Below, piece after piece: positions 12,201-24,259 of a stretch of DNA of 64,000 bases; positions within the stretch are counted from its first letter, which is position 1; each line of letters begins with the position of its first letter. This stretch comes from Neophaeotheca triangularis (taxonomy: Eukaryota), in contig BAAIJX010000040.1 in the NCBI GenBank assembly GCA_054600435.1, forward strand, positions 124,001 through 188,000, read 5' to 3'. A program made the position numbers and the translations under genes. The notes beneath the pieces were generated by a model that worked only from the letters and a program-made list of their open reading frames with translations, was not told the DNA's origin and ran no database searches.

Positions 12201-12681
12201 TACTACGGTCACGTCAACTATAACTGCTGCGCCTACCAGCGTAACGGTCACTACAACTACCATAACCCAAACCAGCACGCAAACTCAAGTACCCACCTGC
12301 ACTGCTGGCGGTGCATCTCTCGTACCTTCTGGCCAGCGCTGCGGATGTAATTACGCTACTGGATGCGGTGCCTTGACCAACGCCATCTGCAGAGTACCAG
12401 CTGGTGTCTTCCCAAGCCTTGCATCCTGCGTGCAATTCTGCGACCATTTCAACACTTGTGTTGGTGTCAATTACAACCGTCAATCTGGGTTGTGCACAGT
12501 TTGCGACAACAACCTCTTGGGACTTGGCCTGCCTGTTCCAAGTTTGAGCCTTACTGGCTTGAACTTCAACAGTGCCTTTGGAGTCAACACTACCGCCGCG
12601 GCCAGAACCAGGTGTGCTCTCAAGATTCCACTTCTCGGCGGTGGCGCGCTCAACGCGCTGTGCGCTGGTGCCCTCCTGTAA
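3216..12681 (+). CDS. Giant secreted mucin-like/Kex2-processed polyprotein (~3136 aa); exons 3216-3445, 3501-12681
   Basis: Signal peptide-like N-terminus MRYGIALAALSTIAQA followed by SPLYRR. A 55-nt intron (GTAAGT at 3446, TTGAC branch, CAG at 3500) joins ORF 3216 in frame to the 2976-aa ORF and restores a Cys domain homologous to a second copy at 4762-5193. Thr/Pro/Glu/Asp repeat arrays; Cys-rich apple-like C-terminus. Confidence 0.9.
3814..4200 (+). repeat. Coding tandem repeat, 90-bp unit, ~4 copies (VEPPVETTPPVEPPVETETVQPITTSTDTV)
   Basis: Near-identical DNA units, e.g. gtagtcgagcctcc recurring at 3901, 3991, 4081, 4171. Confidence 0.9.
4201..4700 (+). repeat. Coding minisatellite of short ETET(A/V)LPPV units
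   Basis: Repeated gagactgagacc/ctcccacctgt motifs; roughly 27-42-bp variable units. Confidence 0.85.
5491..6190 (+). repeat. Coding tandem repeat, 84-87-bp unit (TDTETVVTLPDTTLTLPVTETDTDLPIV)
   Basis: About 7 copies visible in the translation and the DNA. Confidence 0.85.
6784..7222 (+). repeat. Coding tandem repeat, 81-bp unit, ~5 copies (PTTTIELPVTETDTELPITETDTEVVE)
   Basis: gaagttgttgagccgacgacc at 6853 and 6934 (81-bp period), continuing downstream. Confidence 0.9.
7639..11720 (+). repeat. Coding PTD(L/I)/PSLT(D/E) repeat arrays: ~180-198-bp higher-order units (7639-8720), then degenerate units (9060-11720)
   Basis: The translation shows 60-66-aa higher-order repeats followed by diverged copies. 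Confidence 0.8.
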
Positions 12682-15199
12682 ACGGCTTCAAGATGATGAT
12701 TAGGCATTACTTGCTGCGATTGACGCTGCCAGCAGCTCTCGCAAAGTTCAATGCCTATTGACGCAAGAGGCGCGGCATTCGATGTCCGCGCTACGAAGTT
12801 TTTCACGGCTGAACAGAAGAAAATAAGATTGATTATTTGTTTTCGAGCTTGGCTTTATCCAGCCGACGATGTTGCTTTGGCTTCCTTTCTCTCATTTCGT
12901 ATCGTATATATATTTAGTTTCGTACAAAGATTATTTTCGTTCTCATACTGATTTTCCCTATCAATTTGAGCTTCTCTTCATTCATCATCTCCACACTTTA
13001 CCTTGTCTCGAGACCTCGAAGCTTGGACTTGGTAGACTGCGGTTCCATCTTCAAAATTGTTCGGTGAAGTTGTCACTTGAGCATTGGATGGCACCGTTCA
13101 TACATCTTGCTGCTACGTAATCTAGGGCGTCTACTGAGTGAGCTGGTCGATCCGCTTGGCCCCGTCGAGTGCGCGAGCAAAAGGAGATGTTTGAAGTAGC
13201 AGGTTTGTAGTGCGCGGGCGAGCAAAAGATGGACTTCGCTCGATTGATTGCTCGGTTGCTCGGTCGGTAGGTAGGTGGGAAGGTAGGTGGGTGAGTAACT
13301 GTCGACGGAATTGATATACGGTAGGCTCAGCGTTGTAATGCTGCCTTCCAATTGACTTGCCACCTGCTCGCTTCTCCCGGCACTTCTAAATGAGGCAGAA
13401 AGCTTCCGCACACTCATTCCAGTCTCTTCAATTCTTGATCAACAGATCTAATGTCTGTGAGTTAAAGTCATCGCAGATCGGTCACTACGGCCGTTGTACT
13501 TGATGAATAGTCGTAACGAGCAAGCAGTGAGCTATTGAGTGAGCGTACCGAAGCAGAGACTACCAAACGCGAAGACACGAGCAGACAAGCGTCTGAGCGA
13601 CCAGCCTACTTATGCCGAGACGGGCGAACGGGCTCTTACCCTTTCTGCTCAAGCTCGCTCGCTCAGCGACCAACATATCAACTCGTGCAAGTGATCACGA
13701 AGCGGTCCACGTGAGTTGAGATCTGACAACCCATCCTGGCGGTACCTACGGGCGAAGCTCAAGTTCTTGTCCACATCCGCTAGCGCTCCCCGTTGACGGC
13801 CGGGGAGACTGCTCCGGCTCTAGAGTTGGGATGCATTTTCGGCTGTCCCGACGGTCATCTGCCGGCCTCGTCAGAGTTCAGGGTGCTTTATGCGATCCTT
13901 CCGAAAGCCATATTCCGGCCTTGGCACCGATGAAATGGTTGCAGCCGGTCGCCTGATGCCGCTCGGCTAGGTTTCTGTGTCTTTCTCCGCGCTCCCTTTG
14001 CCCTCGCTTGAGTCCGCCGATACCTAGACACGGTTAGGTGTTTTTTATACGATGTACCTTACCGTCACGAGTGGACGACTTACTCTGGTAGCTGTCCAGC
14101 AATCCGGCCCTGCGCGCCACGACAGAGGTGAAGAAAGTAAAGTGAGGTGAGGTGAATGATGGAGAGTGAGCGAGGTTAGGTCAAAGTAAGGTAAGGTACA
14201 GTAAAGTCGTCAAAGTCTATTCGAACCTCACCAAGGGCTTCGGCCGGCTACTTTGAGGAGGCTCGGCCCGAGAAGCCGACTTGGCAAAAGACGTCTTGTC
14301 CTGCAGACTACTAAGAGGTAGTGCAGTAGCACTTCAAGAAACAGGGTCTAGAATACCAGATCTGCAATGACAATATCCTGTGCCACACAAGGCCATGTAA
14401 CCATTAAACGTTGTGAATTGGTCGACGCATTCCCGAATCCTGAGAACTTTTAGCCAGCCGAATGGTAGCGGCAGGCCAACGGCATGCTTGGGGCTTGGAT
14501 AGTAGTCAGCCGTGCCCTGCGACTGCGGTACGAGGAACGTTCAAGAAAGAACAGAGTTAAAGGTGCTCGGGAATCAATGACTTGCTAGTGCCGCTATCAC
14601 CTCGACACGACTCTAAAGACGCAGAGCGCGGGCCTCGTCCATATCTTAAACGACGGGCTAAGCGTCTCCAAAGGTGTAGCGAAGCGTCACCCGAAGTCTT
14701 GCGAGCTCAGCCAGAAGCCGAAGAATGCCTTGGGCGCAGGTCCGCTCTCGCATGCTGCCGAGTAAACAACGCCACTTCCAGAACCCGGCACTGCCGCTGG
14801 CTGAAGTCATCCTATTTGTACCCTTTCCTGGCCCTCGGAATCACACCGCCGTTTCTCGACGATTGATAGCTCGGCGATTGATAGCTCCACGGGATCCAAA
14901 TGTCCCTCCTACCCGTTTCAACGTCTCAACTGCATTATCACCGACATGGAGTGCATGACCTGAATCGAAGCCTGTTTTGACCGCATGCCAACATCGATAG
15001 CGCGGCGATTACCGCAAGTATCCTCGACGGGATTCCATTGTCGTTTGTTTCCGCTTCTCTTTCACTACCACAAGTCATGGCGTTGTCTGCAGCCTGAACG
15101 CTGACGCTCTCTCTATCTTGGGGTCATTGGCACTGGGATTCGACAAGAGCATTCGGCTGTGTGGAAATTATTTCGCGAAGCTGTTGCTAGCAGCGCTCG

Positions 15200-15891
15200 T
15201 CATCCATCTCGTACCGGATCCCAATAACGCGTCGCTGCACGGCCATCAGTTTCAAATGTCGAGCAGGACAACCATCATGCCAGAACTTACGCGTGTTTGT
15301 ACCAGGTGTCTGGCTCCCTCCACTACTGCCGTTACCACTACCGCGACCGCTAGTCTGAGATTCTCGAGCAGGGAGTCCCGAGACCGCGCTGGAGATTGAT
15401 TGGGAGTCTCCATCAGGTGTCGCACTTGGGGAGCCCGTTCGTCTGTGCCTGTTACGATTGTCCCGATACCTGAACACGTGCCAGATAAGCCATCGAATCA
15501 CCCAATTTTCCTCATTGACGCCCTCAGTATCTCGACCAAGATTGTAATACATCTTCGTCTCTGGCCTGGCTTCACGATAAACGCGCAAGATCTCGCGGTG
15601 AAGCACTGTCTCGCTGATTTGTGAATACGAATACGGAACGCCAGCTTGAGCGGTGTCCCTCAGCTGCGGGATCAGCGCGTCTTGGTTGTCAGTCATCCTT
15701 CTGCGAGCCTGGATGGCTTCCTCCTGTTGACTCTTTTTTAGTGGGCGACGCTAAGGTTGATCTTCAGCCTGACGAACCTTCATCATCTCGTAAATTTTAC
15801 AGTCGCATCCATTTTCCTTATCGAGCCGGAGGCGTTCCATGAACCGACCTTTCGATTCACTCTGAGCCAGAGGCTCTATCGCAGGCGCCAT
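15200..15891 (-). CDS. Hypothetical protein, ~193 aa; exons 15891-15778, 15723-15291, 15234-15200
   Basis: Two canonical introns (GTTCGT..CAG 54 nt; GTAAGT..CTGAT..CAG 56 nt) join ORF fragments in frame: MAPAIEPLAQSESKGRFMERL...EENWVIRWLIWHVFRYRDNRN...RYWDPVRDG*. Confidence 0.75.
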
Positions 15892-18800
15892 GATCTCTCC
15901 ATAGACGACACGGGTTAGATGCGAAGCACAGCTGACAGTGCTGCAGCGCAAGGAAATACTAGCGAGAGCTTTGCTCAAAAGATTCGTGGCTCTCAAGCCC
16001 GATCACTGTTGCTATGCCTAATCACGGCCATCGACTTCAAACCAGGTAGACCAGGGTCCACAACCCATAAGCATCTCGGCAGCTGCAGAAGTCTGTTGAG
16101 GTGGATCCCGGTCCCGGTCCCGAGTCCGGCGGTCCGGCTACTGCTGGCACGAGCCTTGCAGACCCAAGACCGCTTGCTCGTGGTTGTCATGAGTTAGGTA
16201 TGACGGCTACGCCTTCCCGACTGGTGCGCAAAGCGCGCGTACCCTACGATGGCGCAGCACAGCTCCAGTCTTCCCCACCGGTAGACCTGTACGGCAGTTG
16301 GCCAGAGTTCGCCCTTTCCAGCCCTTCACCACCCAATTCAACCACCACGATAACTCTAGAGCGTATATAATATCCAGGTCCCGTTCGAGATGGGTGTCCT
16401 AAGAGGCCCGTGCTAGTTTACCTTGAAGGAACTCGACTTGCCTATGCCAGGCTAGAAAAGTACAAAGTCTATTCGAAACGCGCCGCAGAATTCGATGAGG
16501 GATTCAACTTCAAACTAGGTATGAGAGTTTCATCCGCGACGTTTCCAAGACACGGGAATTTCTAGGAACCCCCCCACGTTCTGAGAACGCGCAGCGCTCA
16601 GCATCCCGGCTCCGGCTCCGGCTGCGTATGCGTCTTGATTGGCTGATCCCCATGCCAAGTGAGGATCTCTCGGGGGATCGTACCGGACAAAGCACGGCAA
16701 AAGGACGGATTGCCTCTCGAGCGCGTGCATCTGCTTGCACACTGCTATGCTACGGAGCCCACGAAGCTATCTAGACCATACCGCTCGAGGGCAACAACGC
16801 AGAACAATATTTATAAAGAGCCATGATCGGCCATCGCTTGGATGGCCAATCTGCCAAAACGCATCCTGTCAGAATCCCCTTCTCACTCTCCGGCGGTAAT
16901 TTCGCACCTTTTTCTTTAGCTCCCATGGGTATGCCATGCTTTATGACTCGCCAAAGAACCGAGGCGCACGATGTTGAGGGGAAAGACTCAAGAGGCCTGA
17001 AAACATGATCCGTATCTTTGCGAAACTTACCAACGAGGTGGTATAATGAGTCGCTTTCCAATATGAGCTTAGCCTTGTTGTTCCATGCTCCCGCGTACGA
17101 GGCGCAAGTTCGTGTAGGTGCAGATAATGATATGCAGCCAGATTAGCTAACGCTGGGTTGCACTTAACTACAGGGGTCATCCTTCCAGCTTATAGACCGC
17201 TCGGCTCTTCTGCTCCTTGGGATACAGGAAGCCTGGTGTGTTCTGGAAATCCGACATGCCTCGTTCTACCGATGATGAAAAGCTGGAGCCGGACCCTAGT
17301 AGTGGAGTGAGCATTGACAGCAGCGTTCTTATGATGATGTAGGCTTCCAAGGTTGTTGCGCGATAAGTAAACCCGAGAACATCGGCATCGGCAGGTGTGT
17401 TGGCGAGTCAGCTGCCACCCGCAACGTCCCGAGACTAACGTGGCAGTTCTGGTAGTGCAGACGGACGACTGGATAAATTATTCGTTGCAGGTTATTATGG
17501 ATTCGAACTGTAAGCCACGGGGTGGAGAATCGAGCAAGTGAGATGCCGCGGACGGTTGAGTCTCGGCATCGATGACGGATTGTGCTGCTAAGTGAATTGT
17601 CGAGAAAGAAGACGGATGGGAACAATGATGAGCAAGAGAAAAAGGCCTGGACACATAGGTCATCTTGAACTTTTGATGCGTAGTAGTATCGAGGCAGCCA
17701 ACAAGCAAACCTACTTACCTAGCGAACATCCGAGACGGACGATACGACGATTCAAGAGCAGGGCTGGGATTGGGTTACTCCCTCGTCCGCCCTACTTTCT
17801 ACCAAGGGGTGAAGGCACCTACTAGGTCCTAGAAATTTAGGACGCACTTGACCAAGCCACTAGACGTTGCTGATATCGATGAGTAGTGCGCCCGCCAGCC
17901 CTACAGTACTGCGCGCCCAGCAGCTAACGATATGATAAGTCGGCACTTCTAAGGGTAATAAATTGATGGCTTTATAGGTGATAGGTACCTGAGAGTGCTG
18001 TAGTCTCGGCGAGCACCGAAGGTTTGAACTTTTGAACCCGCGTCGTTGGCGCTCCGGATATGATGCAAGCCTTGGCACTGGCAGATCTTGCACCATACCA
18101 AGACGGGAACAAGGTTGTGACCCGATCTACACCACCACACGGGGGCGGACAGTACTAATAAAAGTGACTTTTTGGTCCATCTGCACTTGGGCAAGAACGA
18201 ACGATTGGAAGGTCAAAACTCGGCGGAAAGGGACCGAGGTAGGTACTACTGTAGCTTTGACTTTGATTAACCGAAACCCTTGGACCGTCACACGTGGACC
18301 ATGCCAACGGATTGCGGGATCGACTTCAAGACCACTACTGCGACTGCGACTGCGACTGGTCAGCGACGGCAATCAATGCATACATAAATAATTACAGTTG
18401 GTGTTCTGTCCATTTTCGGAGCCTTCAATTCAGACAGACAGACAGACAGGCCGATCTTCTACACACGCCTCTCACTACTGCAGGGGTTCCATAGGGTGGG
18501 CAAACGAATGGCGGACAACGTCTTCCATCTTCCATCCATGGAGTAACTCAGCTCTGGCGTACACGTAGGACAAGACAATTGACAAGGAGCCGGTGAGTTT
18601 AGCGCCCAGGCGTTACTACTACTCTGTGTGATGCACAAACGTACGGGGATGTAATTAATATTTAATCACTCACATCGACCTAGCGGGCCACCAGTCCGAG
18701 TCCCCTGGAGAGGCCGAATGAACCTAATAATTTAATAATTCAGCCCAGTGGGGCTGATGTGGGTTACCGTGTCGACCACTCCGAGTCGCATCCCATCACA

Positions 18801-21022
18801 CGGCGACGCCAGCAGTAACTTAGTGCTAGTACCTCCTAGCAATAGTAGCATTTTATACTGCTACTGTGACTCTGTGAGTAGTGCTATGTGACCCCCGACT
18901 TCACAGAAGGTAGCCACATCGATAACAGAGAGAGATCGTCGAAAAACTCTGATCACCCATGATGCAATAAACCCGGCTACTACCCTTGGCTACCTAGCCT
19001 TATGCCCACGAGAGACGCCTTTCTATCTGTCCTGCCACGCCTTTCAAAACCCCCCGTAAAAGCTAGACATAACTAGGGCGGTAGGAAAGTGAAAGACGAA
19101 AACTTTGCCCCGTCACACCTAAAAGTTGTGATTGCCGCATTCATCGATGTTGCAAAAGAAAAAACGCCATCGATTCCCCCGACACCACTGAGCATCATAT
19201 TCAGGCCTACCAGATACTTACCTAACATGCTGGCCCATCCATGCCAATAATCTCTCGGGAACCGGTCGATGCCCTCGGTGCAGCGGAGATGATCCTTCTG
19301 GTAAAACAAGCTACCGACAAGATGATGAAAACAATAATGTCATCTCGATCTCAAGACCTCTCACAACAGGACATCACGATCGCGGTTGTAGCGTCGTCGA
19401 AAAAGTACCCACCTGCTAGATAGGTGATTGGATTGGGAGCATCACCAATATGCACAGCAAGCGCATCATGGAACAGCAGCGAGAAGCAGCCGGGTCATGC
19501 GCAGACTTTTCAAATCGCAAGGGCCTTGTATTTTGATTCCATCTCTCTCGTACTACCTGCCGTTGCTTTTGACTTTCTTTAGATACGTCGACAACAGGAA
19601 GAGTGGGCTTCATACAGGCTACAGTTCTGTTCCATCTGTTAACTGACTCTTACTCGGCGTTGGACCTCCTAGCCTGAGCAGTTTTTAATCTTGATGCCAC
19701 ACACTCCCAAGGTCCACCAGCGAGCACTCAACGACACAGTAAGAATAACTGTACCGCTTCCAGCTGGGGGTCAGATCGCGTTGGCTCATCTATGCGGGAG
19801 ACAATTCCGACTTGAACCGGAATCCAACGCAAAATCGTTACCTGGCGGCATGATGTTACGTTCAGAGCTTCGACCCCTGCTATCACACTTGACAAAGTCT
19901 TTCAGTTCAATTACTAGCTTCCTTCAGTCGCAGTACCGACCAACTAGTACTTACATTCTTCGAGGCAAAAAGCAAGTTAGGCTAAATACGCGCTTACGCT
20001 TGTGACGTGGCTTCAACTTCTCACCGGGGGCTTGGCCTCGTCTCGTCAGTGGGCACCAATGCAGTGAATGCAGCAGCAGAGGAGGACTAAAAGCACCAGG
20101 GGGAATGGCTTGATGGTATCCCTTCACAGCTGGAGCCTGGTGAGTCATGACTATGGGTAGCATGATTGAATCCCTTCGCGAGATGGTGAGAGCATTGCTG
20201 CCCGAGAAAGCATTCAATTGCTTGTCCGGCCACACCGTGCATTGCTGCACCGTAGCTTGCCCCGAGTACAGCGCCAGCAGTCGTCGATGCCGATCGCGCC
20301 CCATAAAGGCGACGAGAGGGGGTCGATCGGACTCCAAGTCAGGCAAGATCTGACCGCAGTATGGCACCCAACAGAAATCTCTGCAAGTCTCATTCGTGAG
20401 TCGGGTTCCCGCTGCACAGACTTGACAGGACGACGCCAAAGTTTCGGATTGCGAAATGAATCACACAGGTAGTTTAGCGCGACGAGACGTCGACAAGATA
20501 ACGCGCCCCGTCCTTGAGGGAGGGCGTCGTGTCGGATACCGAAGTGAGTGCTTCGTGCTTGTAGTCTGGAGAGCTACTTTCTCGGCTCTTTGTTGTTTCA
20601 CGCGTCTCGTCGAGTTGGCATTTTGCGAAACTCTTCGTTACTACTGTACTACTGCAGGCGGCGAAGTACCCTTCTTTATCGTACAGTCTCAAGCTGTGCG
20701 CTGCTTTGGCAGACGCTTTTGCTTTACAGCTCTTCGTAGAGTCAACACAGTTTTTTGTTCGTCTGACTCTAAGGCCAGTAGATTTGTCCTGGCTCAAGAG
20801 GGCCAGCTACTGCCTTGGATGTGCGTGTTGCTGAAAGAAGGAACGAGCATGCAACTACCTTCGAAGCAAATATCTCAGGGCAAGGTAAGTACTACAACGG
20901 CAAGTTCACTTTATCGCTCGCCAGCACTCCAGCTGTTGTTCAAACAACTCGTCCTCCCTATGTAATCGTCGAGCTTTTTTGAGACCAATTGAGGTATACC
21001 TTATGGGGGCATTATAGCAACC

Positions 21023-23965
21023 ATGAATACGATCAAACGCAAACCCGTACGCAAGCCTTCAATGCAAGACCTCTCTGCGGACCTCGCTATACACTCCTCG
21101 GACGGTACTCCCAGCGAACACAGTTCCATCTACGATGCTTCAACCGGGGGAATTCGTCTGTCAGAGATGATGACATCCTCGGAGACCGACGATATGAGCG
21201 TGCGACGAGACGACACGGCGGCTCAGGAAGTACGATTTGTGAACAAGCCAAATGGCACTCCATTGTTCACCATCGTCGAGCAAAAGAGCTTGAGCACCCT
21301 GCGCACTATACCCTCGAACTGGACTTTCCAACGCCGCATAGTCACTTTCGACCCTGCAAGCTCATCCAGCCCTTCATACAAGAGTAATGTCGAGTCACAA
21401 GGGACTGAGAGGAGAAGGTGTCAATCACTGGACGAGACAACCACACGCAAGCTTGATGCTGTTCAGGAGTTCTCCCAATGCGTATCATCCGACAACAGCA
21501 CCGCCCAAGCAACCGCCAGCCACTTAGCCGAGCGCTCCAAGCCCGCAACACCACCTTTTGCGCCCCCTGTAAGAGTCACAACCCCCGAGGGCCTGCCACG
21601 CTGGCCTGGAGAAGTTAATTACAGCCCCCCTCGGAGAGTGAGCACTCGAGCAGCACTTCTTAAGTACATTCGCCAACGTGGCAGGAACGGGACCAGTTTG
21701 CGAGACGTTTTTCATACAAATACTAGGAATGCGCAAGCACGTCCGACGGCGACGGGGAGGCGGTATTGGAGGCCTCCCGTCAGCGGCCACGGGACTCTGA
21801 GGCATGATGGCCTTGACAATCACCCCTTTGCTGCTGCAAATCACGAAGAGCATCCGTCAGAGCACACCCAACCGCCGCACGCGAGATCGAGCCAGGACAA
21901 ACTCTCTCCGCCAAACGAGACCAGTGTCGACGGTCCCCGGCAGGCTGCAACAAGCCCCGCCCAACGCGCCCTGGCTTTTACGCAAGAGAACGCAGTAACA
22001 GTTCCTGCCGCGCGCGTGCAAGCCGCAAGTGCCGCTCGCTCAGTCTCGATGCCGAAACGCAAAGCAAGCCCACCGCTGAATACCACCGCGAGTACCAGGC
22101 CACCAAGCGCCATCCCGAGCACCGTACGGACCGTAGATTTGCTTGAGCAATTCCCTGGACCACCCGAAGAGTCGATCGGGGACGTCGAGCAGGAGCCCAA
22201 CGCGAGAGGGTCAAAGAAGGTGGTCAAGCTTTCGCCGTTCCCGAAGCAAGCATTGTTCGCACCTAAAGCTCGACCTGGGGCAGCGGTTGCGGGCTTGCTT
22301 GTTGGTCAGAATGTTGGCACCGAGACGCAGCAGTGTTTGCAGGATCTTTTGCGGACTCGCGAGGTACTTGGAGATGGCGAGAACAATCACCCGGTTTCCC
22401 TCGATGTTGCGGCTGAGGGACAGGAGGTTTCTGCGGTTGGGCAGACGGTATGCCACGATGCCAGCTCGTGTGCTGCTCGCAGGGAGGGTGCGCAGCGTGG
22501 CTTGACCGCAGAGAGATCAGCCCTCCTCAGTCCGGCGACGGAAAGTGGTACAAGCACCAGCAGGTATTTCAGCGCCGCCAGCGAGATGGAACCACAGAGT
22601 ATCGCCGGTGCAACAGAAACAGTTCCCCCGCCCCGGCAAAATGACGAAGAGCGCGGAAGGTCCAAACATCGCGTCACGCGCAAAAACACTATCGTCACCA
22701 CCACCAACCGGCCCATCACCAACGTCGTCCGCAGCCTCAAACCCCCGAGCCACGAACCCTCTCCCAGCGTCCAAACCTCCCAACACACCACACCCCTATC
22801 CCACCACCTGCACTCCTCAAACCCCTCCCCGCGCTCCCCCTCCCTAACCCCCATAACTCTCACAAGTCACGCACGCTTTTGCCGCCATCGCCTCCCCTCC
22901 CCAACCGTCCCGCTCTTCACGACACCCCCGTCGCAACAACCCTCCAACCTCGACGGCACGACCGACTGCAGCACCCACGGCCGCACGCCCACGGCCCGTC
23001 GCGCCAGCACCCGCACGGCCACTACCCAAGACCCTCCCACGAGCCCGGATTGCTGGAAGTGCCGCAGCATCCTGTGTCTTGAGAATGTGATGCGACGGTT
23101 AGGTCGCAGTTGTCTGTGCGGGTACAGGGCGGAAGTTGTGTCGTCGCGCGAGTCGCGGGGCCGGGGTCGCGACGCTGCGCCCGCTGCCAACACCAACGTC
23201 GACGTCGACGCCGCTGCCTTGCCTCCTGTCGCCGCGGGCTCTCCCCTTTCAAATGCTTCGCCTGTTGTTGTGAATTCGCGCATCAGGGGCGTGGTGTTGG
23301 ATGATGGCGAGGCGGAGGCTATTGAGCTGGAGCTCGCGAGGCGCACGGCGCCGGGGGCTAAGGGGAGGGGGCATTGGACTTTTCGGGACAGTGTGGCTGT
23401 GCCGACGGGGGAGGTTGTGAGGGCGCTGAAGGCGAGGGAGAAGGAGAGGGAGGAGAGGAGTCGGGAGAGGGAGAGGGAGGGGAAGAGGGGGGAAGGTGAG
23501 CGGGAGAGGGAGAGGGCAGAGAGTGCGTTGAGGCATGTTGGGGGGATCGGGGTGCTCGATCGGCCGGTGGGGATGAATGGGGTTGAGTGGGGGAGGAATA
23601 GGCTTGGGACAGGACACGGGGCTGTTGAGGCTGGGGGTGAGGGAGAGGTTGTATCATCCGGCATGCGGCCTGCGGAATGGGGGAGGGGGTCTACGCAGAT
23701 GGGTTTCGTGACGGGTCCCGAGGGCGGTTTGGTTCCTGTCAAGGTTCGGCACAGGAGTGAGGAGCACGAGGAGGTTTCGCCTTTGACCAGGCAGGCTACC
23801 GGGGTGAGGAGTGGCGGGCAGCGGGCCGAGAGTGTTTTGGAGATGGGTCCTGCACTTGCACTGCCTAAGCCGGTGGCGGTGCGTGGAGATGCCGCGATCA
23901 GTGCGCCGCCTTCACCTGTGCCTGCGGGATTGCACGATGGGTTTCCGAGGCGGCAAAGTACGTGA
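21023..23965 (+). CDS. Hypothetical, largely disordered protein (980 aa)
   Basis: Uninterrupted 2.9-kb ORF with a good start context (caaccATG). Ser/Pro/Thr/Arg-rich; no domain recognised. Confidence 0.65.
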   Translation: MNTIKRKPVRKPSMQDLSADLAIHSSDGTPSEHSSIYDASTGGIRLSEMMTSSETDDMSVRRDDTAAQEVRFVNKPNGTPLFTIVEQKSLSTLRTIPSNWTFQRRIVTFDPASSSSPSYKSNVESQGTERRRCQSLDETTTRKLDAVQEFSQCVSSDNSTAQATASHLAERSKPATPPFAPPVRVTTPEGLPRWPGEVNYSPPRRVSTRAALLKYIRQRGRNGTSLRDVFHTNTRNAQARPTATGRRYWRPPVSGHGTLRHDGLDNHPFAAANHEEHPSEHTQPPHARSSQDKLSPPNETSVDGPRQAATSPAQRALAFTQENAVTVPAARVQAASAARSVSMPKRKASPPLNTTASTRPPSAIPSTVRTVDLLEQFPGPPEESIGDVEQEPNARGSKKVVKLSPFPKQALFAPKARPGAAVAGLLVGQNVGTETQQCLQDLLRTREVLGDGENNHPVSLDVAAEGQEVSAVGQTVCHDASSCAARREGAQRGLTAERSALLSPATESGTSTSRYFSAASEMEPQSIAGATETVPPPRQNDEERGRSKHRVTRKNTIVTTTNRPITNVVRSLKPPSHEPSPSVQTSQHTTPLSHHLHSSNPSPRSPSLTPITLTSHARFCRHRLPSPTVPLFTTPPSQQPSNLDGTTDCSTHGRTPTARRASTRTATTQDPPTSPDCWKCRSILCLENVMRRLGRSCLCGYRAEVVSSRESRGRGRDAAPAANTNVDVDAAALPPVAAGSPLSNASPVVVNSRIRGVVLDDGEAEAIELELARRTAPGAKGRGHWTFRDSVAVPTGEVVRALKAREKEREERSREREREGKRGEGERERERAESALRHVGGIGVLDRPVGMNGVEWGRNRLGTGHGAVEAGGEGEVVSSGMRPAEWGRGSTQMGFVTGPEGGLVPVKVRHRSEEHEEVSPLTRQATGVRSGGQRAESVLEMGPALALPKPVAVRGDAAISAPPSPVPAGLHDGFPRRQST

Positions 23966-24259
23966 GAGGGAGCGCTTCGGGGAAGCTGACTTTGCTGGGA
24001 TTTGGTAGCGGACGTGGTCGAAAATGTCCTATTCTTACACACGTTCTTCGACTCGGGGGGTATGGACCTATGAACAGCTCTTTCTGTACAACCTTTATAA
24101 ATGATGATTCCCTCGTGACGCCTGCAAATGCGACTGCTGCACAGCTTCGCTTCCTGCGAGCTGTAAATTCTTCCAAACGCCAATCCTACTCCTTTGCCAG
24201 CTTTTGTACACTGACCCGTGCTATGAGTACAAATCCCCGATACTGCGGTGTCGCACCTT

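Noticed and set aside
3472..12278. Long minus-strand ORFs (490, 365, 293, 280, 403, 1100 aa)
   Set aside because: Antisense shadows of the repetitive Thr/Pro/Asp codons of the giant gene; they translate to SVG/VSV patterns with no independent domain.
14211..16477. Exact 15-bp direct repeat caaagtctattcgaa at 14211 and 16463 flanking the small minus-strand gene
   Set aside because: One or two exact 15-mers are expected by chance in 64 kb; no terminal inverted repeats or transposase.
19214..19223. atacttacct, identical to the U1 snRNA 5' end
   Set aside because: No downstream U1 stem-loops or Sm site.
20456..20965. 169-aa ORF upstream of the 980-aa gene, with a GTAAGT at 20885
   Set aside because: No recognisable protein features and no convincing in-frame splice to 21023; possibly 5' UTR.
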